64,000 nucleotides of DNA from Octopus sinensis (lineage: Eukaryota), in contig NC_042997.1 in the NCBI RefSeq assembly GCF_006345805.1, positions 152,024,001 through 152,088,000 on the forward strand. Direction: 5' to 3'. Below are positions 25,161 through 40,993 of this stretch, in pieces. The notes below the pieces were generated by a model. It did no database searches. It had not been told where the DNA came from and was given only the letters and a program-made list of their open reading frames with translations. The position numbers and the translations under genes are program-made. Every line of letters begins with the position of its first letter. Within the stretch, counting starts at the first letter, position 1.

Positions 25161-25353
25161 TTTGAGTGGGTTTAGTAAAATCCACTCTGTTAATAAATAT
25201 TCAGACGCTGTTTTCTAGTCTGAGCATAATCCATGAGCTATTGTTTCTTTTCCCTTTTTGAGTGGGTTTAGTAAAATTCACTCTGTTATAAACATTCAGG
25301 CGATGTTCTCTAGTCTCATGATAATCCATGAGCTGTTGTTTCTTATCCCTTTT
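25161..25353. repeat. Diverged ~96-bp tandem duplication
   Basis: tttgagtgggtttagtaaaat(c/t)cactctgtt...ataatccatgagct..tgtttctt at 25161 and 25257. Confidence 0.85.
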
Positions 25354-26684
25354 CTCCCACCCCTATAAGTCTCTGAAACCCTACATGAATTGTCATAAGT
25401 GCTGTTTTTCTCATCTGTCTGAGACATAGCAAATAATGAGTGTAAGAACAAGCGTGTAAGAGACAGAAAGCTGTATACAATATAGCTGCAAAATGCATAT
25501 ATAGATTTGACTCTGGACAAGATATTCATTGAGATGATTTTTTTTTTCCTGAAAGGGCTTTATTGACATTTCATGATATGCCTAGCACAATTTGTTATTG
25601 AGAATGTGTCAGCGAAATTCCAATTGGAGGCGGAAGTTGCAACACAAAACAGCCACATCAATCAATCCATACTATTCCGTAAAAAGCTACATATTACGGT
25701 GATGTTAACGATCATGAACACGACTATCATGACAATACCAACGGTGGTAGTATTGTTGTTGGTGGTGGTGGTGGTGTTGGTGGTGGTGAATTGGTGGCGG
25801 CAGCAGCAGCAGAAGCAGTGATAACGCTGTTGACTACGAGGTTAGGGACAGTATTGGTGGTAGCGTTGTCGATGGTAATGTTGATAACGGAAATAATGGT
25901 GAGGATAAATATGGTGAAGGATACGATGATAGCAATGATAGTGAGGAAAATAGAGAAAGAAGGTTAGTAGTTATAATGATTTACTGGAGAATTAAAACTT
26001 TGTGTATTTAATTATAATCTTTCAAGTAACTAAATGTGTTCAATTCTCGCCAGAGTAAACGTCTTACATCTTTCCGAGGATTGATACAAATAAAGGCCAA
26101 CCAAAGACTGAATGCGCGTTTATTTAAACAACTCTAGACTTTTTACCTTGAAATATGTGCCTTGAGCCAACAGAGCGGAACCGTAATGGGGTAAGACAAT
26201 CTGCCACAAGATTTTACGTTCTGAATTCATATTCTACCAAGATCATCTTTGCTTTCCTTCTTCTGGAGTCGAATGAAGTACCAACAAGGGGCTGGAGTTG
26301 ATTTAATCAACTAAAACATTTACTCAAAATTACTGGGTTTGTGATTATATGAGATTATATGAATTAAAGTCCCACCGAGGTTTAAATTTGTCTTTCATCC
26401 TTTCGGGAGCAATTTAATAAAAATACCAGTTACTTACTGGGTTCAATGATATCAATGAAGCCCTCTTCTCAAAAACTGCTGGCCTTTTGCTTAAATTAGG
26501 GACCATTATTATTGTCATTATAATTTTCTGTTTATCACAGGTTTTGTTGGAGCTCATGAAGTCTTTCGTGCGTAGCGGGCTTATTACCTGCAGCCTAAAG
26601 TACTATGCTATTCGTTCTTTCCAGCTGTCTCATACTTTCTTGATTATTCTAGCTGTGCAGAACTGTTACAAACCTTTTGTAACA

Positions 26685-28090
26685 TTCTGTTTTTAGACCT
26701 CACATTGGAGTTACCTCTATTTCCAGATCTTTGTATTTTAAAAGTATTTACGTGTCTTTTACAGAAACATTGCCATCTGTTGTTATTGATACATCGATTA
26801 GAAAGTATTTTCTCCTTGGTGATCTCTGACAATTATATCCGGTCTACTGGCCTTAATTTCTCTCTATGTATTGGCATAACCCAGGGTGTGGTTGCTTTCT
26901 CATTTTCTGTGACCTTTTCTGGTGTGTGCCTACACCATCTTTTTTCTTTCCATTATATGTTTTTGGTGATTTCTGGTTGGAAGGCATTGATCATGTGCTG
27001 CAATTAAAAATTCTTCAGTCTCAGCTTTGAGTCTTGAGTTTCTCAGTCATTGCTGGGATTTTGCTTTGTCTATTTCTTTTCTGTTTAGCTTAGCCCAATA
27101 TTTGCCAGGAAAGGGCTTTTCTTGCCATCGTTTTATCATAATCCGTTACTTTTCCAGTTTAGTTTGAATTTCAGTTGTTTTACAGTTTTTGTCGTTTCTT
27201 CTTTTTCTTCATAGTTGCTAGGTACTATGACTTCTTTTTTGTATTTGTTAGCTTCCTTAAAGACAGAAAGCAGATGTCTGTTTTGTTTGTGTTTTGTGGC
27301 TATTTGTATTAGTTTTCCTTGCTTCTGAAGTAGGTATTTCTGTAGTTCTATGGTGCTTATTTTGTAATAGTTTTCTATTCGTATGAGGCCTCTACCACCT
27401 TCGATACGTTGCATATATAACCTTTGTATGTTAGATTTTGGGTGGTGCATCCTAAATCCTGTCATTATTTTTCTTGTTTTCCTGTCTATTTTGATTAGTT
27501 CATTTAGAGTTCAGTTAAGAATATTTTAGCTGTAACTTATAACTGGGGCCACTAGCGTGTTGATACCTATTATTTTGTTTTCCGCATTGAGCTCTGTTGT
27601 CAGTATTAATCTAAATCGCCTATAGTATTCTTTTTTCTTCTCTTTCATTTGTGTGTGTGTTGTATTGTATTTAGTTCAGTGATTCCTAAGTATTTGTATG
27701 TCCGGTTTTGGTCTAATTCTCTTATTTCATTTGCTTTATCTAGTGTGATGATGCTACTCTTCACTGCTTTTCCTCTTTTCAAAGTTACTTTGGTACATTT
27801 TCGAAGCCAAATTTCGTGTATTTCTTTGATAAATTCATGTAGTCTTTAGTAATGTTTCCAGCTTCTTTTTCATTTGTAGCGTACAGTTTTAGATCATCCA
27901 TATAAAAGAAATAGCTGACTGTTTTGCCGCAACAGTTGTATCTACACCCAGTTTTATTTAGCATTTTAAATAAAGGTGTCAGTGCCAAGCAGAAAAGGAG
28001 TGGAGAGAGCGTGTATCGCTGGAATATTCATCTTATTATGACGATGGCTTTGTGCGTTTTTTGTAACTAGTTTAAAGTATGTACTTTACG
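26685..28090 (-). mobile_element. R4/Dong-type non-LTR retrotransposon relic (RT + RLE)
   Basis: ORFs with FFYMDDLKLYA, MHHPKSNIQRLYMQRIEGGRGLI and an RLE segment. Homologous to 47642-49815. Confidence 0.85.
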
Positions 28091-28440
28091 TTTGTTATCT
28101 TTGGGTTGAACAATACGGGTATTATTTAATTAATTTTTATTTTTTGTGTATTGTGGTGAGAGACAGAGTCGGTCTGATGTTGATTGGATCGCCATATTTG
28201 GCGAGCGTGTTTATACGTGTTGTTCAAGTGATGGAGATGATACACAATTAAAATACATCATTTTATTTGGAAAACAGAAGTAAATTTTAATGAGTATTAC
28301 TTGCTCTGGTATAGTCAAACACTTTATCAGTTATTTTAGGCTCCATTTGTTGTCTTTATTCTCTGTTTTTGGATAGATTTCGGAACAATGTTTTATCACT
28401 CTGAAGAGAGCAGTACATGCCACCAAAGTGATCCTGGCGC

Positions 28441-28810
28441 ACAATTATTATTATTATTATTTTTTATTCTTATTCTTCTTGTTATTATTATTATTATTAT
28501 TACTACTACTACTACTACTACTACTACTAGGTTGTCTTGAGGTTGTGCGCCAAAATATTTCTCAGACTTCAAGAATCTTTCTTAGAATTTGTGCTGAATA
28601 CAGTATTGTATTTTTCAGCAGGTTAACAAAGCAAGTCTCAGTTCCAATATTTTTTCAGCCTGTTAGGGACTAGTTTGGGTACTTTGCCAAGTGCATAAAT
28701 TACCACAAGTATAACGGTCGTCTTAGTCTTGCGCAGTCTCTTCAACACTTTGGCTAGGTATTGATATTTCTCAAGATTTTCGAGTACTTTTCCATCCACT
28801 TTGCTATCGT
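28441..28810 (-). mobile_element. R4/Dong-type 3' end (RLE) with (TAG)n(TAA)n tail
   Basis: Manual translation LEKYQYLAKVLKRLRKTKTTVILVVIYALGKVPK resembles the EKYxDL...VIPVVIGALG motif. Triplet tail at 28441-28529. Confidence 0.65.
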
Positions 28811-28837
28811 CATCGCCATTATGATCGTCACCACCAC

Positions 28838-28870
<33 letters not shown>

Positions 28871-29654
28871 TATCATCTCAATTTTAAGGCTGCATTTTGC
28901 CGATGGGATAGAAATCACCAACATTAGGTAAACTATCCAAGAATGTTGAGTTAACTTTCATTCGTTCACCACTGAGAAAATATAGATGAACACTACATAT
29001 GTAGACAGAAGATATCCATAAAGCTAAATGATGGATATGAATGCTCATAGACAAGAACTTGACACTGTTGTAAATTCTTTTTCTAATTAATCAATAAATC
29101 ATTCCAACAATTCTGACTACGATCAAAAGATCTGATGAAAAAGTAGTTTGGAATTCTCTTTCCATCCGAGTTTTTTTTTTTTTTTTTTGTAGGCATCAAC
29201 TTACAATTAAATTTCAGTTGTATCAATATCACTAGTTTCACTTATATGTATAGGTCATACATACAACACACACATCACCTTCCTTTGTACTAAATCCATA
29301 TACTGAAATATGTTTTCCTTGCCAACAAGGAGGCACTTAGCATTCTCCAATTCCAAATTATTTTCTACGAGTTATAACAGAAAAGGGGCGTGGAGAGGAT
29401 GACAAAGGAATAATAGAAAAAAATATCAGGAAAAACACACACAGATATGCTCAAACCCTGAAAAGTTATCGATCAAATATCATCACAATTTCGACACCTT
29501 CAAATAACAGTGTTCAATTTAGCGATGAGAGTGCGCAAACATGATAGACGGAAGTGAACAGAAAAAGAAAAAGACATATACAATAATAAGACACAAATGA
29601 GGCCACGAGACCGAGCGTTAAATATAGATGAGTCATTAGGAGAACGATATATAT

Positions 29655-29749
<95 letters not shown>

Positions 29750-29754
29750 ATATG

Positions 29755-29785
<31 letters not shown>

Positions 29786-29791
29786 ATATGC

Positions 29792-29824
<33 letters not shown>

Positions 29825-31259
29825 ATATAAATACAGTGTACATTTAAACACATACGAGATGGCCATAACAGGACATCTGGCCCGCTAGAAAGAATAGTTA
29901 AACTCCGAACCACTATTAGGGGTAATGTCGAAAGGGAATGACAAATAAGAACATTTACCCTCTATTTCCTGTACCATGGTTTCAAGCAATCTTCAGTAAA
30001 TAAATATGTATGCATATATATGCATGTATATGTATACGTATATATATATATTTATATACATATACATACATGAAAATTATGATTAACACAAGTTTATATT
30101 AAAGTTCCTACGCGCGTTTCAACATTATGGCTATTTGGAGCCCTGTGAGGGATGTTCCAAATGCCTATCGATGCTCACCACAACGTATTGTCAGAGAACA
30201 ATATATTGCATCAAGCTACACGTATATATGTTTACAAGTATATATATGCGGATATATATATATATGTATATAGATTTACATACACATACATATATACAAT
30301 ATATATATACATATATATATATATATGTGTCTATGTATAATGTATATATGTATGTGTATATATTTATATACATATATATATACATATATATGTATACATA
30401 TACGTATATATAAATATATGTATATATATATAATATATATATATATATAATATATATATATATTATATATATATATAATATATATATATAATATATATAT
30501 ATACATATATATATATAGAAGACGTGGCAAATATGCAAAGACAGGAGGTGGAAAGATATTCGCATATGTCGGAATATGTTTCCCTCAACAACTACAAATT
30601 ATTGCCTGTTAATTAGTTGTGTTAATCAATCTCTACAAGAATTTTCACATGTTTACTTCATTATTCATTAGCCAAATAGTGCAAGCAGAATAATGTATTC
30701 CACTAATGTCCAACACAAGAAAATATCACACGCATAATAAAAGCTTGAAACAAGGAATAAGATAAAATGCTAAATTAATGGGTGATGTTTTAATACAGCT
30801 ACCAATTAGAAAAAGAAAATGAACAGCAAACCCACTGAGGTGACCCACTATCCATTTCTATCTTATTCTCTCTTTCTCTCTCTGATTGTTTCTTTCCCCC
30901 ATCTTTCTCTCTCTTTCTCTCTTTCTTCTTTCTTTCTTTCTTTCTTCCTGTCTCTTTCTCTCTTCCTGTCTCTTTTTCTCTGTTTCCACCTCTCTTTCCT
31001 TCTCTCTATTTCCTTCTCTTTCTCTTTCTCTTTCTCTCTCACCCTCTCTTCCACCCACCATCTCTCTCTATCTCCCTCCGTCTCTCATTCGTTCTGCACA
31101 TATACGTGTGTGTTGAGTGCATATTTGTGTGTGTGTATATAGATGTGTGTCAGTGTGTGTGTATATCCTAGTGCTTATGCGCTGGTTTCAGCGTGTGAGT
31201 GGGTTATATGTGAATATGTATGTATATACACATATACATAGATATAACATATATATATG

Positions 31260-31300
<41 letters not shown>

Positions 31301-31398
31301 TTTATATACACATATACACTACAAACAGACATATATATTACCATATACGCACTTATATTTCATGGACGTCTGTATGTGAGTGTGAATGTGTGTGTGTA

Positions 31399-31475
<77 letters not shown>

Positions 31476-32221
31476 ATATACACTAAATCACAAGCCCCTA
31501 CTTATGTCGCTACCACTTGAAACAAATCTACCTTTTCCCGAAAGATACTCTACATAGTTCTGATAATCCTAATAGCAGTGATTACACTTAACAGCTTCTC
31601 TCAAGATCACCAAATATCTTTCATCTCTTCAACAACTTCTCTATAACACTCTTATTAACATTTTCCACTATTTTTCATAATTTTAAGATTCCTTTTCTTT
31701 GGATTTATGCATTTTCAATCAAACAATATTTTTAACCCATTTTTGCTCTTTCTCTCTTTCTGCTCCCTCTCATTTTACTTAAACTGTGTGTATATGCATA
31801 GAGAGAGATTTAGATATATACACCAACATACCTATACACACACTTAAATATGCGTATACACGTGCATGCATGTATTATATTAGCATCTAATCTGTCTGTA
31901 TATACCGATATATAGTTGTGAGTGTAGCAATGTGTAGTACATATAATTTAAAGATATGCATATTATCTGATTATAACATACAAGTATATATATATATATA
32001 ATATATATATATATATATACATATATACATATGTATATAAATATACATGCATACATATATACGTATATATTTATAGAATACACACACACACATATATATA
32101 TATATATCTAAACATACGTATATATATATATATATGTATGTATATGTGTGTGTTTGCATGTGTGTATGTATATATATATATATGTATGTATATGTGTGTG
32201 TTTGCATGTGTGTATGTATAT

Positions 32222-32266
<45 letters not shown>

Positions 32267-32778
32267 ATGTGTGTGTGTGTATATGTGTGTGTGTGTACTT
32301 GTGATTATATAAAAATGTGTTAATAGCTAGGTGTCCTATACATAATTATAATTATGTCTCTCTTTTGGTCTCTATCAACTTATTTATCCAGCAATCTCAC
32401 ACTCGTCTGTCTTTCTCTATCTCCATCATATCTTTTCCTCTATATTTTCCCATGTGTGTATTTTTGTCTACGATTTTATTTGAAATTCCTCTCTCTGATC
32501 TCTCAAATATTCGTTCACACACACTCGCACATACTTCCTGACACGTACACATAAATACATACATACACACAAGTACACACACAAACACACAAGTACACAC
32601 ACAGACACACAAATATACATAGATATATAAACAGTCAGACATATAGATAGGGAGAGAGAGAGATGTGCGCGCATGTGTGTGTATATTTGTATGCATATAT
32701 GTATGTATGTACGTATTTTTGTTTGTATATATGTGTGTATACACGTCTGTATCGAAAGATTGAAAGAGTGGTATTACT

Positions 32779-32860
32779 GGCGAGCTTGCAAAATCGTTAG
32801 GACTGCGGCTAAAATGCTTAGTGGCATTTCTTCCATCTTTACGTCCTGAGTTCAAATCTC
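32779..32860 (+). mobile_element. SINE S3 head fragment
   Basis: ggcgagcttgcaaaatcgttagg...gagttcaaatc. Confidence 0.6.
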
Positions 32861-32934
32861 TAACGTTGGAGATCTACAACGGTAACAGCTGTTCACTACC
32901 AGTGGACTAAGCTGACACACCAAGTGCTCCATAC

Positions 32935-33145
32935 TTATTGCATCCTCTGTTTGTTCCATGTACTTCTCAAGATTTTTACTCACTGTTCCCAGAGCTCCGA
33001 CAGTTATTGGTACTACTACCACCTTTTTTCAGCGACCACAGCTGCTTAACCTCCCAAGCTTACCTATCATATCTATCGACTTTTCTTTCTTCCTTATCGC
33101 ATACCGTGTTGTCAGCTGGGCATGCTATATCTATGATCTAGCATC
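32935..33145 (-). mobile_element. R4/Dong-type RLE fragment abutting a triplet microsatellite (33150-33405)
   Basis: Manual translation IIDIACPADNTVCDKEERKVDRYD..WEVKQLWSLKKVVVVPITVGALGTVSKNL. Confidence 0.75.
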
Positions 33146-33165
33146 GTTTGCTTCTTCTTCTTCTT

Positions 33166-33239
<74 letters not shown>

Positions 33240-33346
33240 CATCATCATCATCATCGTCGTCGTCGTTGTTGTTATTATTATAATTACTATTATTATTATT
33301 ATTATTATTATTATTATCAGCAGCAACAGTAGTAGTAGTGGTGGTG

Positions 33347-33377
<31 letters not shown>

Positions 33378-34017
33378 AGTAGTAGTAGTAGTAGTAGTAG
33401 TAACAATAGCTCTCCAAAAAATAATCTATTAGTAGTATCTAACAAAGAACCGTATGAATTTCAAACAGAGTAATGTATAGTTTTACACAAAAATGTGATG
33501 AGTTGCTCAGTTGAAAACGCGTTAACATATATATTAACTATACGAAGACACATGTATTTATAGACAAGAAAAACATAAACAGGTACTGAACCTGCATCAG
33601 ATGGTTGCTGTTGAAAACAAAATCGAATTGAAGTAAACATTTAATCACTCGTGGGACGAAAGACGTAGTGCATGAGATGTAATCATTGAGATGAAATTTT
33701 TTTTACAATTCAAATTTATTCACTGCAAGCTTAGATATACTATATCAGAGTACATCAATGTATTCAGATTAAATCAAAAACCTGGAGATATGCATTATTA
33801 ATGAATGTCGCACATAAATACAATATGAATATAGATTTCCAAAGCAGTGGCTAAAAAAAGGACTCAATAAGCTCGAAGCTTAGAGTAAAAGACTAATGCA
33901 TAAATTAATATTATGATGCAGACTAACTGAACAAAAGAAAAGAAAGCAACCTGAGTCGTATGTATAAATATATCAATATATCAATATATATATATATATA
34001 TTATATATGTGTGTGTA

Positions 34018-34062
<45 letters not shown>

Positions 34063-34075
34063 GTGTGTATGTATG

Positions 34076-34168
<93 letters not shown>

Positions 34169-34587
34169 TGTATATTAAATGAATTGGGATGTATTTGTGT
34201 TTCTCGAGTTTATAAATATTCGTGCACATAAACGCTTGCAGAGCCTTCATCAACTGAGCAGCAAATAAGGGAAACAAGAAAAAAAAAATTGAGATAAAGA
34301 CATGTATGTGTGTGGCTGTATGCATGAAAAAGAAAGATTTTGTGTTTGCACGGTTGTGTAGGTAAGTAGGCACTTATGTATATGTCTCCGTCTTTATGTT
34401 GTTTTTAATATATTATCTGACGTATAATTTGTTTGTTTGTTTTTTCTGTCATCCTACCAATTTTTTGTGGATTTGTCCGTTAATTTAATAACTGATCTCA
34501 CGTAATCTACTCACCTATCTCTCTTAATGCATCAATCTACACAGAATGCATATGCTAACATCATGGCATTTCATATTGAATCCGTCT

Positions 34588-34621
<34 letters not shown>

Positions 34622-34761
34622 ACTATTTGTCTATCTATCTATCTGTCTATCTTTCTATCTTCCTCACTCTTTCTCACTCTCCCAAATTTCTGCTTTAATC
34701 ATCTCTTTGAAACTTATGTTAATTACATCCTTCTCTCAGCTCCACATGTACACATGCACGT

Positions 34762-34803
<42 letters not shown>

Positions 34804-35010
34804 TTATTTATTTATATATGCATACGAACAGACCTACACCTCAATTAATGATGTTAGTATGTTTTACTTTTTCTTCAGAACCAGAAACGTCGTTATCCGA
34901 GGAGGGTTAAATATATTTTATGCAGATAGTTTCTTTAAAATTTTGAAAAAAAACACATTTACTTAAAAAAACAGTATGCCTGCAATACTCTAACGTATAT
35001 GTATGTGTGC

Positions 35011-35056
<46 letters not shown>

Positions 35057-35639
35057 GAGAAGAGAGAGAGAGAGAGAGAGAGAGATAGTTCGATAGATAT
35101 GTATATATATATACATACATATGTATATATACGTAATCATACACACACAAACAGAAACACACTCACACAAACACACACACACGCACATATATACATACAT
35201 GCATAGAAATGGAGAGAAATTGGGAGAAAGGAGAAATACAGTGAGAGAAATCCTTTTATATGTAATTTAATCAAAAAATATACACACTTTACACAGAAAA
35301 ATCCTTTGAACAAAATTGTATGAAATTCGATCCAAAAAATATATAGGTTCTTCAGTCTATGCAACAAGTAAAATATACGAAATAAGAAAAAAAATAATCA
35401 TCTAACTGATGGTTGTGTTAAATTTTTACTTTTATAAAAAAAAAAGCATGAAGGTTTGAATGCTTTGTTTTCTTCTTACGAACTTCTAATTCTTTTTTAT
35501 AACAAATCAGCGCTATCATTACAGATCTTTAAACTTTCATTCTTTATGCTTCGTTCAGAATTTTCATCGTTTCTCGTCTTTATCCTTTTTTTTTTATCTT
35601 TTTGTAATTCGTTCTAAAATAATTTTTTCTCTTTTTATA

Positions 35640-36415
35640 AAACATTTTGATAAAATCTCTGTGCTTAAAATCTACTTTGGAGGACTGTCTTCTTTGGTAT
35701 CTGGACTGGAGATTTGTGTTTCTAATAACTTCAGATGGTTCTACGTGAGAGAGGTTTCAAGATCAGTATTGTAATAAATTCTGAATATCACATGCATCAA
35801 TTTCTTGTACCATTTGTACAAGCCTGTTGTTGAACAGGGCTGTTTCTTCTATCATATGCGCTTCTTTAACTATATTTTGGCACAGTTTTTTTTTTTTTTA
35901 CCAAACCCAAATGTTGAACTTCTTTCCTAGCGATCTTAGTGTTTATTTTTTTTAATTGCTTGCATAATATAATTTTTCCAGAGTCTTTGAGTGTTAGATT
36001 CTTTGAAGGGCTGATCAGTCGCACTAATCAAACGATGTAAAGGTTCTCCTGGGATATTATGCCTTGAAAACGCAAATAACTCCCTGATCCATAAGCTGTA
36101 ATGGTAATGTGTTCAGTGGAATGAAAACAACTTCAATAGCTATGCACGTTTGGAATGAATCAAGATTTGAAGGATGACTCGACGTGTCACTCGAAATCAG
36201 AAGTGCATCCAGCCATGAATTATTCTTCTTGTCATAACACTGGCGAGTAGGACAGAAATATCCAACGAAATATTCTCTAAAAAAATCTTTACTATTTAAT
36301 TCACTGATAATAGGCAGACGAGATTTTAGATACACTTTTCATAACCTTGGAGTATGGAACAGGTAAACAAGCAATGAGTTAAATTTCCAATCTCCAGTGC
36401 AATGATCTGTCATTA
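35640..36415 (-). pseudogene. Tigger/pogo DDE_1 transposase relic
   Basis: ORF 36057-36335 ends VVFIPLNTLPLQLMDQGVICVFKA (FLPxNTTSLIQPMDQGVI motif). Upstream TGDWKFNSLLVY. Confidence 0.8.
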
Positions 36416-37988
36416 TTTTATACCCTGTTGCTTTGTTTGAGAGTATTGGAGCGCAACTGGTTCCGCAATTACCACGTACGTTTACATTTAAAACTAAACT
36501 TAATGTGTATTTACTACTTTTCAAAGATACCTGCCAAATATTCTGGAAATTTCGATGCAACCTGGAGGACTGCACATCCTGTTTCCATGTAAGTGAGATG
36601 CTATGGAGATTAGATCATTTCCTGATCTTTCAAACTATCCACGACAAATAGCACATGTTTGCTTGACTTACTAAAAATTGTTCAACTGTTTAAAGAAATT
36701 CAACGTCTTTCAAGAGTAGAAATTACTGTATAACACATCATTTACCAACACGCTTGATTTCTATATTTTTATGATTTTACAGCGCACTTATGCTATCTTA
36801 GATGTATTATTATATTCATATTAATTTTGCATGGAAACTTTTGTCAGATTGATTCATAAAGTATTAAAAAGCTCAGCAACTGCACTCTATATTCAAATCT
36901 CGCCGAGGTTAAATTTTTTTCAACCCTCAAATTTCGATAACTATAGAGCCGGTCGAAAGTGATAGATTGGTAGAATAGTTAGGGTGTCTATCTAGATGTT
37001 TTGTGGTCCCTGTACTGGCTCTTTGCGTTCTGAGTTCAAACTGTCCACTTTACTGAAGACTTATCACTACTAAGGTCATTCTAAATCCTTGCATCAATTT
37101 CAGCGTAAAAAAAAAGAGACCATGCAAAAACTTAATAAACGTGCACAAAACAACGTGGTAGATTTTACAAAAAACATTTCGCATCAGGAGCGGCCCAAAA
37201 GACACATAAAACTGACATGTAACAGAATTTTAGCAGGCTTTCTGATACCTATGTAAAACGGGAATGAGAACACTTTTCAAGGTACAGAATGTTCACACAG
37301 AATGTTCACAGAATGTGAACACATTTAAACGGTTGTGAGGATTAAACGATATATTTTCCTATTTTGAAATTTGATGTTATTTGATATAGGTCACCCCATA
37401 TATTTTAATTTGTTTCTTTTGGATTTACGGTAGGGATAGTGTTTACCTGGGTTGAGGATTCGTGTTACATCAAGGAAATTCATTATCTTCAAATTTATAA
37501 TTCAAACTATGAAAATTATAACTGGTGCTTTCTGAGCTTCTCCATTTCTTGCTGTTCAGATTTGGGATACAGAAAACATGCGTATCGATAAATCTTGTTC
37601 GTCAATTTTATATTTACAATTTATCAACGTATCAGTATATGTGTGTGTGTATGTATGAGTGTATATGTATCTATGTATGTTTGTGTGATAAATACACATA
37701 TATGTATCTTATATTTACCATTTATCAACGTATCAGTTTATATGTGTGTGTATGTATGAGTGTATATGTATCTATGTATGTTTGTGTGATAAATACACAT
37801 ATGTATATGTACATATATACATTGTATACATATTTATATATGCATACTAATAGTTTCTACCAATCTATCTATATATATATGTATGTGTGCACGTATGCAC
37901 GTGTGTGCGTGTGCGTGTGAGTGTGCGTGTGTGTGTGCGTGTGTGTGTGTGCACGTGTGTATATATGTATCTATATAAAATATATTTA

Positions 37989-38218
37989 TTTTTCCCTTTA
38001 CGGAAAAAGAAAAGCATCAAGTGCCGAAAATGAACTTTCTTATCTTCCATTTTAAAGGGTTACAGTTTATAACACATAAATCTTCTTCCACGAAAAGATA
38101 GCTTAAACTGTGTTCTAAATGGAGGTGTAGTCAAATCCTCTTTTATGGACTCAACCAAGTTCTAAAATAAGTCGAAAGGTAAGCTACTATAAATCGGCAC
38201 GAACTTTCCGGACAACCC
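37989..38218 (-). mobile_element. Mariner 5' end (TIR, UTR and transposase N-terminus) in (TA)n
   Basis: TA-flanked gggttgtccggaaagttcgtgccgattt TIR. ORF start MEDKKVHFRHLMLFFFRKGKN is typical of the mariner N-terminus. Confidence 0.85.
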
Positions 38219-38250
<32 letters not shown>

Positions 38251-38381
38251 TATACATGTATGTGTGTATATATACATACATACACATATACACATACATA
38301 CATACATACATACATACATACATACATACATACATAAATACATACATACATACATACAACATACATACATACATACATACA

Positions 38382-38414
<33 letters not shown>

Positions 38415-39164
38415 GTATTTGTGTGTATATGTGTGTAAGTAGGTATTTATGCATCAATATATGAATGTATACTTGTAATAGCTTTCTAAAAACGTCTCTC
38501 GCTGAACCAGTCTATGTACACGGTCATCACGAAAAGCAATTATTCTCGTATTTTCTGTGTTTTTACATAAGATATTTAGTCTCTTCAACTCTATTGCCGT
38601 TATGCGTATTGACTATAATTGTCTACAATAATTTTAAATATATAACCATACATGTACAGAAAGATTACTCAGAATATTGTTAAGTCTTCGTGGAAGTAAT
38701 TTCCTATTAATTGCAATCTATTTCTTCAAAATATTCTGTCTGTCTTGTGTTTCATTATCTATATCGTACGTAATTATATGTATATATATATAGATGTATG
38801 AAGCCATACGCGTGTGAATATGTAACTATGGTCATATATGTCAGTATTAATGTCTACATTTATCTTCCTTGTATGTGTGTATACATATATGAATTTATGT
38901 GTGTGCGTGCGTGTGTATGTATATGTATATCTATTTATCTATATATATATACATTTAACATTTGCAATTCAATTTTTCCCTACCTTTCCATTTTAGTTAG
39001 CTGTCTATACACACACAAAAACACGCATTTATATGAATATATACATATGTATTTATGTATATCTGTCATTAATTGCACATTCAGTCTTACTTTCCTATAG
39101 TTTATACCGCTTTATCTTGACACGTGGCAAGCTATATGAATTGCACTCTCTAACCATATGTATG

Positions 39165-39211
<47 letters not shown>

Positions 39212-40565
39212 ATATATATATATATATAGATATATATATAATATATATAATATATATATATATGCATGAATATATATGTATATATATATTGACATACATG
39301 CACATATGCATATATACATAGATATATACAAATATAAATGCATACGTACATAAATACATACGTATTCCTTGTGTTTGAGTATTCAGTCTTATGCATATAT
39401 ATATATATATATATAATATATACGTATGCGTGAAGCCATTTGCATAGATAAACACACACATACATCGTACAATCACTCATGCTTGATTATATTTCTAATT
39501 GGACCTTCATCCTTTCCGTCTATCTCTCGAGGTACTTTCACAATCTACATCACGTTAATTTCACTGCATGTGACAGTTGGCCATAATTTATGTAAATAAT
39601 TATTATTTGTTTTCGAATTGGCAGACATGCTGTATATATTAAATGATTTGTGAGACTTTCACATCCTTCACAATGCTATTATTCATGTAAATGAAGAGAA
39701 ACATCTTGAACTGGGAATCAAATCTGGGCCGTATTAGTTGCCTTCTTATCTTACCCATTCCATATATGCAAATTCTGTACTTCATTTTATGCTTATTAAT
39801 AATGAGCTTTTCGTCATCTTGAAGCTTCTGATTTGCAGACGATAGAAAATAGATTAGTGTTTTTGTATCTCTTGGGGTGATATTAATATACTTACTAATC
39901 TTGAGTCAAAATTTGAAACTAATATGAAAGGTCGTTGTTCTTCGGAATTAATCGGTAGCACTGCTGTTAAAATTATTTCATGTGAATACCTTATTTCTTT
40001 TCTAAAATCCTTCATTAACTTTTATATTCAATTTGTTATTTCTGGGGTGAGAGCTCTGCGGTAACTTTATTCTCTTATATATTCCTGCAATATATCTTTC
40101 TCTTGAACTCTGTTCAAATGCCACACACATTAGAGAATAGCTCATATCTAAGGAAAAGTGAAGTACTTTTTTATGGTTTATTAAGAGGAGGAAGAATACC
40201 GATTATGCTTTGCAGAGTATGCAAAACTGATAAGAAAAAAGTAGAGAAATACAACACAACGCTGAGATTCAATGCTTTCAACAACGTTGAGCTCATCCAG
40301 CTACATACACCCAACGACCTAGGGTTTAACCGAGTGAACGGTTGTGTCTATCACCTAGGAAAAAGAGCATTTCATTTAACCAGCTTCTGTAGTCATCCAG
40401 CTATGAAAATCACTCGCCTGTAGAAAACAGTCACTATGCAGTGCATGGTGATTGTATCTAAACCCTCGTGACTGCGAAGCAAATTTGTGTTCGTATGTTA
40501 GTGCAGTCTCACACACAGAGACAGACAGACACACACACACACAGACACACAAATACAAACACACG

Positions 40566-40596
<31 letters not shown>

Positions 40597-40993
40597 TAAT
40601 GTCACAAAAAACGGTGATTCAGTCGTTTAGTAAATATTATCTAACATCCTACACCCAATGTTTCAAAGACTTGGCATCTCCAGTCTGACCCACATCTGTC
40701 ATTTGTACGATTAGTGTTTGCTCCTCTGAACTAGCCTCTGACATATTTCAACTCTTGTCTAGATTCTCTTAAACCCCTACTGTGGCTCCGTGTGCTAAAC
40801 ATTTTCTCCACCCATTCTTCCCCACTGGCGTAACCCTAGAATTCTCTCCTCGCCTCTGTTTTTCTTCATATATGTTGACCTATACAAAACTCAAACTGAA
40901 CATGATATTATTCTTACAAAGCAAAAAGGACCGAAATATATTATAGCCGCTCTTCTGTTTCTTCTATCTGGTAATTAATAATTTCTAGCATAA

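Noticed and set aside
28395-28430. CTGAAGAG resembling a hammerhead core
   Set aside because: No stem II followed by GAAA and no stem I/III partners.
29610-29650. gatgagtc...gagaacg resembling a hammerhead
   Set aside because: Lacks C3-U4 and GAAA, and there is no pairing support.
37610-37815. ~100-bp tandem duplication
   Set aside because: Mostly TA/TG low-complexity sequence; ordinary slippage duplication.
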